The notes below the pieces were generated by a model that saw nothing but the letters and a program-made list of their open reading frames with translations, had not been told where the DNA came from and ran no database searches. From Escherichia virus TH58: 64,000 nucleotides of DNA. The stretch lies in sequence record MT446423.1; one strand, written 5' to 3'. The translations under genes were made by a program, and so were the position numbers. Of this stretch, positions 8,911-15,795 are shown one piece after another (positions within the stretch are counted from its first letter, which is position 1; each line of letters starts with the position of its first letter).

Positions 8911-9588
8911 ATGAGCACTGATGTTATTATAGATTTTGAAACATTCGGCAATACATCAAAAGCGGCTGTTATTGACCTTGCGGTTATTGCATATAATTCC
9001 GACCCTGAAGTTGTTGAATCATTTGAAGAACTTGTTCAACGAGGTAAGCGAATTAAATTTAATCTAGCTTCTCAGAAAGGGAAGCGAGTTTTCGCTAAAT
9101 CCACTATGAAATGGTGGAAAGAGCAATCGGCTGAAGCACGTAAAAACTTGGCTCCATCTGAAGACGATGTCACTACGCTTGAAGGCATTAAAATCTTTTT
9201 AGACTATTGCCGAGCTAATAAAGTTGACCAATGGAAATCACAGATGTGGTGCCGTGGTATGAGCTTTGACTTCCCGATCTTGGTCGATTTGATTCGTGAC
9301 CTCTATCGTGATGAAGGTGTTCTTGAACCGGATATTGATACTGATAAATTAGAACCGGTTAAATTCTGGGCTCAACGTGATATTCGTACGGCAATCGAAG
9401 CTTACTCGTTGACACGAGGATTAAGTATGTGTCCATTACCGATGGGTACACTAAAAGGATTCGTTGCCCATGATAGTATTCATGATTGTGCTAAAGATAT
9501 TTTGATGTTAAAATATGCTCAGCGTTATGCGCTTGGTCTTGAAGATGTCCCTGAGAATCCTGACCCGTTAAGTGTAAAACAGCGATAA
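8911..9588 (+). CDS. dexA: exonuclease A (DexA, DEDD family)
   Basis: 225 aa; IDFETFG exonuclease motif; follows dda as in T4. Confidence 0.8.
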   Translation: MSTDVIIDFETFGNTSKAAVIDLAVIAYNSDPEVVESFEELVQRGKRIKFNLASQKGKRVFAKSTMKWWKEQSAEARKNLAPSEDDVTTLEGIKIFLDYCRANKVDQWKSQMWCRGMSFDFPILVDLIRDLYRDEGVLEPDIDTDKLEPVKFWAQRDIRTAIEAYSLTRGLSMCPLPMGTLKGFVAHDSIHDCAKDILMLKYAQRYALGLEDVPENPDPLSVKQR

Positions 9589-9593
9589 AACCA

Positions 9594-9623
9594 GTTTACA
9601 ACCAAGGATGGTTGGAGTATAAT
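9594..9623 (+). promoter_or_regulatory. T4-type early promoter with spacer hairpin
   Basis: GTTTAC, spacer AACCAAGGATGGTT inverted repeat, TATAAT. Confidence 0.55.
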
Positions 9624-9653
9624 CTTTCTATCTTAACCAAACAGGAAAACATT

Positions 9654-10148
9654 ATGAACATCAATACTACGGCTACTTACATCCTGAAAGACGAAAAACA
9701 AATCAACTGGTACGGTGCTTCAGTGCGAGCTTATGAAAAGTTTTGTGAAATTTTAGGTGCCACTCAAGGTAATAGTTTCACTATTGTTAACTTCATCAAA
9801 CAAGCTGAAGGTCCTTGGTTATTCTTAGAAATTAAAAATTCATATGGTACAATTTCTACTACCGCCCTTCCAAGCACCGACTTTGAACTGTTGATTGAAG
9901 AAGCACCTGTTAAAGATGGTCTCCACTTTGATATGGATATCGCTTGTATGTACGGTACTCTGATTAAGCCTATTGAGCCTACTGATTTGTTGTGTAAAGC
10001 TGTTTCGATTCGTCGTCCGTTTGCAGGTCCAGTGAGTGGATGGGTAACTGATCAGTGGATTGAAGACGGCGTTGAACTTCTGAACGTTGTTCATGCAGGT
10101 GATTTTAGTGTAGTTCCACGTAGTGCTGTGGTTAATATCCTTAATTAA
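9654..10148 (+). CDS. hypothetical protein, paralog 1 of tandem triplet
   Basis: C-terminal module GWVTDQWIEDGVELLNVVHAGDFSVV shared with next two ORFs. Confidence 0.55.
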   Translation: MNINTTATYILKDEKQINWYGASVRAYEKFCEILGATQGNSFTIVNFIKQAEGPWLFLEIKNSYGTISTTALPSTDFELLIEEAPVKDGLHFDMDIACMYGTLIKPIEPTDLLCKAVSIRRPFAGPVSGWVTDQWIEDGVELLNVVHAGDFSVVPRSAVVNILN

Positions 10149-10150
10149 TG

Positions 10151-10180
10151 TTGTACATCCAAGGATGGATGGAGTATAGT
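10151..10180 (+). promoter_or_regulatory. T4-type early promoter with spacer hairpin
   Basis: TTGTAC, spacer CATCCAAGGATGGATG, TATAGT. Confidence 0.45.
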
Positions 10181-10210
10181 GAATTCAATTTAAACAAAGA
10201 GAGAGAAATT

Positions 10211-10708
10211 ATGATTACTATTGGTGAAATCCTTCGTGTATCTCCTGCTTCTCGTTCTAAAGCTGCAGGTCGTCTGGTTGAAGTAGCAGGGCTTCGTACT
10301 AACGGCATGGGACGTGTTAAAGAAGTTAAAGTTCGAATCATGCCCAGTTTTGGCGGACAAGAGGCCCAGTATGCTTACGTAAGTCCTAAATTCCTGGAAA
10401 AACATATACGAGTCCAATTTGCTTCAAGCGAAGAAGTTGCACCTGCACACTTTGCTTCAAACGATATCGTTGAGCCTACTACACAGTTCAAATGGGCCCT
10501 TTGCAAAGGCGTTGAATTTATAACCGATAAAGAATTTGATTACATCGACGAATACGGTTATCCAAGCAAAACTGATATTATGTGCGGCTTCATTAGTGAC
10601 CAATGGGTTGAAGATGGTAAAAAGTTATACAATATTGTATTTTTAGGTGACTTCCGAGTTGTTGAAGAATCTGAAATCACTCGCTATGTTTCTCCTCGTA
10701 AAGCTTAA
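10211..10708 (+). CDS. hypothetical protein, paralog 2 of tandem triplet
   Basis: shares N-terminal ASRSK..LVEV and C-terminal GFISDQWVEDGKKLYNIVFLGDF with paralog 3; start at 10211 aligns with paralog 3 (an ATG at 10148 is also possible). Confidence 0.55.
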   Translation: MITIGEILRVSPASRSKAAGRLVEVAGLRTNGMGRVKEVKVRIMPSFGGQEAQYAYVSPKFLEKHIRVQFASSEEVAPAHFASNDIVEPTTQFKWALCKGVEFITDKEFDYIDEYGYPSKTDIMCGFISDQWVEDGKKLYNIVFLGDFRVVEESEITRYVSPRKA

Positions 10709-10717
10709 GGAATTATT

Positions 10718-11137
10718 ATGAATATTGCAAATCTCTCTATTGGTGATTATGTACACGTATCAGATGCTTCTCGCTCTAAAGTTGTCGGGAAGTTGGTCGA
10801 AGTTCTTTCTGTGAGTGATCCGGTTTTTGGACGTAACGAAGTTAAAGTTCGTGACGCTGATGGTAACATTGGTTACGTTAAAAGCCAATTCATTGAACCA
10901 GAAGAAAAAGCGTTCAAATGGAAACTGTGCAGATCGGTTTTAGTTGTAAAAGACCATGAATTTACTATTGCTGCTGCAACTGACGGGTCTCCATGGAAAA
11001 CTAAGCAAATAGCCGGATTTATTAGCGACCGTTGGGTAGAAGATGGTGTTAAGCTTTATAACATCGTTTTCGCTGGGCAGTTCATGGTAGTTCCTGAGTT
11101 CCAAATCAAAAAATATTGTCCAGCATCTTTTGCATAA
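10718..11137 (+). CDS. hypothetical protein, paralog 3 of tandem triplet
   Basis: GFISDRWVEDGVKLYNIVFAGQF module; AAGGA RBS. Confidence 0.55.
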   Translation: MNIANLSIGDYVHVSDASRSKVVGKLVEVLSVSDPVFGRNEVKVRDADGNIGYVKSQFIEPEEKAFKWKLCRSVLVVKDHEFTIAAATDGSPWKTKQIAGFISDRWVEDGVKLYNIVFAGQFMVVPEFQIKKYCPASFA

Positions 11138-11141
11138 AGTT

Positions 11142-11170
11142 GTTTACTTCTCCTCTAGATGTGTTACTAT
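11142..11170 (+). promoter_or_regulatory. T4-type early promoter
   Basis: GTTTAC, 17-nt spacer, TACTAT, TAGACCTATC box. Confidence 0.5.
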
Positions 11171-11198
11171 AGACCTATCAAAACAAGAGGAGAATATT

Positions 11199-11426
11199 AT
11201 GAAACGTCAAATCATTAAAAATGTAACTACTGATTCAAACATCGATGAGTTTGAAGATGTTCTGTTTAATCCTGATTTAGTTGTTGTACAGAAAAACTGG
11301 ACCGAATTTTTATGCTACACCGAAGTGGTTTACGTTTACGAAAAACTCGGTGATGAAATGCCTATCTACGGTATCTTCCGTGAAATCACTGAAAACGGTA
11401 CAACTTATTGGAAGGAAACTTACTAA
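11199..11426 (+). CDS. hypothetical small protein
   Basis: ATG 11199 after GAGGAG RBS, downstream of early promoter. Confidence 0.45.
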   Translation: MKRQIIKNVTTDSNIDEFEDVLFNPDLVVVQKNWTEFLCYTEVVYVYEKLGDEMPIYGIFREITENGTTYWKETY

Positions 11427-11836
11427 TGGCTAATAAATTCCGCGTTAACTCATGGTACCAATTTATAGATAAACGTGCCCAAGAAGAGTTTATTAAAGAC
11501 CACACTGATAATGGGATTTATGCACGACGTCTTGGCATGGAACCATTTAAAGTATTAGATGTTGACCATCTTGGTCGTCCTACTAAAATTGTGACATCTA
11601 CTGGCATGGTTGGATATGCAACAGGCGGTGATATCCTTGATGAAAACTTTATCTGGCTCTCCACGAATGAAGCAGAGTTCTTTGAAGAAGTTGGAAATCC
11701 ATATCAAGCGTCTGAAGAGCAAGATTCTGGTGAACTTGACGAATTGTCTGAATTTCCTGTGATGACGATTACTATCGAAAATAATGACCAGGCATGGTCT
11801 TTGTATCAAATGTTGAAAGCACATTTTAAGGAATAA
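11426..11836 (+). CDS. hypothetical acidic protein
   Basis: ATG 11426 with GGAAGGA RBS. Confidence 0.5.
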   Translation: MANKFRVNSWYQFIDKRAQEEFIKDHTDNGIYARRLGMEPFKVLDVDHLGRPTKIVTSTGMVGYATGGDILDENFIWLSTNEAEFFEEVGNPYQASEEQDSGELDELSEFPVMTITIENNDQAWSLYQMLKAHFKE

Positions 11837-11838
11837 TA

Positions 11839-12018
11839 ATGCCGTTATACGACTATAAATGCCAATCTGAAGATTGTGGTCATGAATATGAAAAAATTAA
11901 AAGGATTTCTGAACGAGAAAACGATGTTTGCCCTGAATGTCATCGTCTGTCTACTCGTCGGGTTTCTGCTCCTAAACATGTGAACGGTGGTTTTTACGAC
12001 TTACTTAAGAAGGGTTAA
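11839..12018 (+). CDS. small zinc-ribbon protein (CxxxxC...CxxC)
   Basis: 59 aa ORF absent from track; CQSEDC...CPEC motif; start overlaps upstream stop. Confidence 0.45.
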   Translation: MPLYDYKCQSEDCGHEYEKIKRISERENDVCPECHRLSTRRVSAPKHVNGGFYDLLKKG

Positions 12019-12020
12019 TT

Positions 12021-12446
12021 ATGGCTTTTAAAGGTTTTGAAGTTGGTAAGAAATATCGTATTATCAAAGGACAGGAAGATAATTTCTTGAGACTTCTTAA
12101 TACGACTGGTAAACGTCTTAATACTAATCTGCATACTACTTTATTGTCCAAAGATTTTATTGTGGAAAAGATGATTGGTTACGGTGTTTCTGTGATTGCT
12201 GTAGAAGCCGTAGGCGATTATGGCCGAACTATTCATAGTATGCAAGGTGATATTCTGCTTTATGGTGCAGAATTTAAATTCTTTGAAGAAGTTCCGGAAC
12301 CAGATACAGCTGTCGATTTCAAAAAAGGCTCTGTAGAATTTGTTGATGGTTCGGTGATCGTATCAGGTGATGTGGTCATTACAGTTAAAAGTGAACAAGG
12401 GCGTTTGGCTGCAATTGATGCACTTCAGAAAATTAAATTTAAATAA
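12021..12446 (+). CDS. hypothetical protein
   Basis: 141 aa ORF followed by hairpin terminator. Confidence 0.5.
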   Translation: MAFKGFEVGKKYRIIKGQEDNFLRLLNTTGKRLNTNLHTTLLSKDFIVEKMIGYGVSVIAVEAVGDYGRTIHSMQGDILLYGAEFKFFEEVPEPDTAVDFKKGSVEFVDGSVIVSGDVVITVKSEQGRLAAIDALQKIKFK

Positions 12447-12464
12447 GGGCTTCGGCCCTTTTTG
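12447..12464 (+). terminator. rho-independent terminator
   Basis: GGGC-TTCG-GCCC hairpin plus TTTTT. Confidence 0.55.
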
Positions 12465-12487
12465 CTTTAGATTTCGGATGATAGAAT
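12461..12487 (+). promoter_or_regulatory. possible MotA-dependent middle promoter for gene 39
   Basis: TTTGCTTTA MotA box, 12-nt spacer, TAGAAT. Confidence 0.4.
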
Positions 12488-12509
12488 ACCTTCATAACGA
12501 GGAGACAAC

Positions 12510-14330
12510 ATGATTAAAAATGAAATTAAGGTATTGTCAGACGTAGAACATATTAAGAAACGTAGTGGCATGTATATTGGTTCTTCGGCCAAAGAAGCCC
12601 ACGAGCGTTTTTTGTTTGGTAAATATCAACAAGTTGAATATGTTCCTGGTCTGGTTAAATTAATCGATGAGATTATTGACAACTCGGTTGATGAAGCTAT
12701 TCGTACATCATTTAAGTTTGCAAATAAAATTGATGTGCAAATTAAAAATAATCAAGTTTCTGTTGAAGATAACGGACGTGGTATTCCTCAAGGTTTAGTT
12801 ACCGACCAAACAGGTGAACAAATTCCTGGGCCTGTAGCAGCCTGGACTATTCCAAAGGCTGGCGGTAACTTTGGTGATGACTCTGAACGTAAGACTGGTG
12901 GTATGAATGGCGTCGGTAGTAGTTTAACTAATATCTTCTCTACGTTGTTTACAGGCATCACGTCAGATGGTGAAAATGAAATCACTGTTAACTGTTCAAA
13001 TGGAATGGAAAACAAATCATGGACTTCTAAGAAATCTAAAGGTAAAGGCACTAAAGTAATCTTCACTCCTGATTTCTCTTCATTCGAAGAGCATAATTTA
13101 TCTCAAATTTATTTAGATATTACTTTAGACCGACTTCAAACATTGGCAGTCGTTTATCCTGATATCAAGTTCACATTTAATGGTAAAAAGGTTGATGGTA
13201 ATTTTAAACGATTTGCTAAACAATTTGGCGAAGATAACATCATTCAAGAAAATGATAAAGTCTCTATAGCATTCACAACATCACCAGACGGCTTCCGTCA
13301 TTTAACTTATGTGAATAACATCCATACCAAAAATGGCGGTCATCATGTTGAATGTGTAATGGATGATATCTGCGAACATCTTTTGCCGGGTATTAAAAAG
13401 AAATATAAGGGTATTGAAGTCACTAAAGCTCGTGTTAAAGAATGTCTCACAATGTTGATGTTTATTAGAGACATGAGCAACATGCGTTTTGATTCTCAGA
13501 CTAAAGAACGTTTAACGTCAACGTATGGTGATATTCGTAATCATATCCAATTGGATGCTAAGAAAATTGCTCAGGCACTTCTTAAAAACGAAGCCTTGAT
13601 TATGCCTATTGTTGAAGCAGCATTAGCTCGTAAATTGGCAGCAGAAAAGGCTGCAGAAACTAAAGCAGCTAAAAAGGCAACTAAAGCTAAGGTTCATAAG
13701 CATATTAAAGCTAACCAATGTGGTAAAGATGCAGATACGACATTGTTTTTAACAGAAGGTGATTCGGCAATTGGTTATCTCATTGATGTTCGTGACCGTG
13801 AACTACACGGCGGATTCCCATTACGTGGTAAGGTGATGAATAGCTGGGGTATGTCATATGCTGATATGATGAAGAACAAAGAGCTCTTTGATATCTGTGC
13901 TATCACAGGTCTTATTCTTGGTGAAAAGGCAGAGAATACAAACTATCGTAATATTGCAATTATGACCGATGCCGATCATGACGGTCTTGGAAGTATTTAC
14001 CCGGCTTTGCTTGCTTTCTTTAGTAATTGGCCTGAATTGTTTGAACAAGGACGTATTCGCTTTGTTAAAACACCTGTAATTATTGCACAAATTGGCAAAA
14101 CTCAAAAATGGTTTTATACTGTAGCTGAGTATGAAGAAGCCAAAGATACACTGCCTAAGCATAGTATTCGATACATCAAGGGATTGGGCTCACTTCAGCG
14201 GGATGAATATAAAGAAATGATTCAAAACCCTGTGTACGATGTAGTTAAACTTCCTGAAAATTGGAAAGAACTATTTGAAATGCTCATGGGTAACGACCCT
14301 GAACTCCGTAAAGACTGGATGCTTGGTTAA
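12510..14330 (+). CDS. 39: DNA topoisomerase II large (ATPase, GyrB-like) subunit, fused 39/60 form
   Basis: 606 aa; GHKL ATPase N-terminus and Toprim region; continuous ORF, not split as in T4. Confidence 0.9.
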   Translation: MIKNEIKVLSDVEHIKKRSGMYIGSSAKEAHERFLFGKYQQVEYVPGLVKLIDEIIDNSVDEAIRTSFKFANKIDVQIKNNQVSVEDNGRGIPQGLVTDQTGEQIPGPVAAWTIPKAGGNFGDDSERKTGGMNGVGSSLTNIFSTLFTGITSDGENEITVNCSNGMENKSWTSKKSKGKGTKVIFTPDFSSFEEHNLSQIYLDITLDRLQTLAVVYPDIKFTFNGKKVDGNFKRFAKQFGEDNIIQENDKVSIAFTTSPDGFRHLTYVNNIHTKNGGHHVECVMDDICEHLLPGIKKKYKGIEVTKARVKECLTMLMFIRDMSNMRFDSQTKERLTSTYGDIRNHIQLDAKKIAQALLKNEALIMPIVEAALARKLAAEKAAETKAAKKATKAKVHKHIKANQCGKDADTTLFLTEGDSAIGYLIDVRDRELHGGFPLRGKVMNSWGMSYADMMKNKELFDICAITGLILGEKAENTNYRNIAIMTDADHDGLGSIYPALLAFFSNWPELFEQGRIRFVKTPVIIAQIGKTQKWFYTVAEYEEAKDTLPKHSIRYIKGLGSLQRDEYKEMIQNPVYDVVKLPENWKELFEMLMGNDPELRKDWMLG

Positions 14331-14344
14331 TTGATAGATGTCCT

Positions 14345-14375
14345 AAGCTCCTGAAGGAGCTTCATTTTAATTTTT
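14345..14375 (+). terminator. rho-independent terminator after gene 39
   Basis: AAGCTCC-TGAA-GGAGCTT hairpin plus T-rich tail. Confidence 0.55.
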
Positions 14376-14389
14376 AATAAGGCTTAATT

Positions 14390-15490
14390 ATGAAAGTTAT
14401 GTTTATCCCATCTCGTGCGGTCCCATTTAATCCTGACCGTGTACAAGGTGGCCTTGAAGCAGTACATTTAAATGTGTTGAAATATTTAGTTTCTATTGGT
14501 GCTGATATTGATTATATCGGTTTTGATAATGACACGTTTGGTGACTGGAAAGTTACACACCATCCTGTTGGTCATCTGACTAAATTCAGTCTAGGTATGA
14601 GTTATACTATGGCTCGTAAGATTGTTGAACTAGCCGGCATCCATGAATACGATTTTGTTGTTACTATGGAACCGACTAAACTAACCGTTCAGGCAATTAA
14701 AGACGCAGGTCTCTCTAAAGTTCATAAGAATTTTATGGCAACACCATTTGAACCGGTATCTCGTGGCATTGTTCAAATTTGGGACCAGACTATTCAAATT
14801 CATAAGAATGGTGGTAAGAGTTATGCTCCTACTAAAGCCTTCCGTGAATTTGAACGTAAATATTGTTATATGACTTCAGGTCTGACTGACAAAATTGATT
14901 ATGATTATTGGCGAGCAAATCCGTTGTTTGAAGCCGAAGATTATCCGGTTATTTGTTTGAATGAGAAACCTGAAGTTCTTCCGGCGACTGATTTGATTAT
15001 TAGTGCACAACGTTATGACACTAAAATGCGTCGTACTGATGTTGCTCTTGAAGCGATTAAAGCACTAGGCGAAAATGGTGTAGGATATTGTCCAAGCAAA
15101 TGGGCACCACCAGCTAAATATCCTGTTATTATTGATGCTCAACATAGTGAAATCATGGAACGTCTTAAAACAGCTAAAGCACTTATTAATACGTGTCCTG
15201 ACACAGGTACGGTAGAGAATAGTTCTATTGAAGCCATCTCTAAAGGTGTCCCTGTAATCCAGTTAGTTTTTAAGGATTATCCTCATGCGACATTCGAATA
15301 CGACCCAGATACTGTGCGTGTAGAAATTGATTCCTCTACTCCTAAGAAAGAAGTAGTTGCGCTTTACACAAAAGCTGTATTAGAATTCACTGACACATAC
15401 GAAGCTCGAGTTAAACGTGCTGAAGCAGTATGGAAGAAGTATAATCGAGATGCAGTTGTTGCGATGTGGGATAAAATCTTCACAGCGTAA
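14390..15490 (+). CDS. putative GT-B fold DNA glycosyltransferase
   Basis: 366 aa; N-terminus resembles T4 alpha/beta-glucosyltransferase starts; C-terminal E...EA..G.PVI GT-B-like motif. Confidence 0.5.
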   Translation: MKVMFIPSRAVPFNPDRVQGGLEAVHLNVLKYLVSIGADIDYIGFDNDTFGDWKVTHHPVGHLTKFSLGMSYTMARKIVELAGIHEYDFVVTMEPTKLTVQAIKDAGLSKVHKNFMATPFEPVSRGIVQIWDQTIQIHKNGGKSYAPTKAFREFERKYCYMTSGLTDKIDYDYWRANPLFEAEDYPVICLNEKPEVLPATDLIISAQRYDTKMRRTDVALEAIKALGENGVGYCPSKWAPPAKYPVIIDAQHSEIMERLKTAKALINTCPDTGTVENSSIEAISKGVPVIQLVFKDYPHATFEYDPDTVRVEIDSSTPKKEVVALYTKAVLEFTDTYEARVKRAEAVWKKYNRDAVVAMWDKIFTA

Positions 15491-15582
15491 ATCCTGAATA
15501 GCCTGAGGCACTATTACACATAAGATGATAAATTATATGGTCTTTAGTAATAGTGCCCTAGCAATCTACTGAAGAGAATATT

Positions 15583-15783
15583 ATGAGAACGTATAACGTA
15601 GACTTGGAACTTTTTGATAAAGCAGTGCTCCGGGAATTCCGGCTTATCCAAAGATTTTTTGATATCGAATCAGCTGAAGCCTTTAAAGAACGCTTTAAGG
15701 AAATTCGATATAAAATACAAAACGATACAGCTACTAAAGAAGAACTTCTTGAAGTAGCAGAAATTTTTAAACGTAACTTGTGA
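15583..15783 (+). CDS. hypothetical small protein (rIIA.1 position)
   Basis: 66 aa ORF with GAAGAG RBS immediately upstream of rIIA. Confidence 0.45.
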   Translation: MRTYNVDLELFDKAVLREFRLIQRFFDIESAEAFKERFKEIRYKIQNDTATKEELLEVAEIFKRNL

Positions 15784-15795
15784 TGAGAGAAAAAT

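Noticed and set aside
10148-10210. Upstream ATG (10148) as start of paralog 2
   Set aside because: The start at 10211 has a purine-rich RBS, lies downstream of the promoter at 10151-10180, and aligns with the N-terminus of paralog 3; the longer form remains possible.
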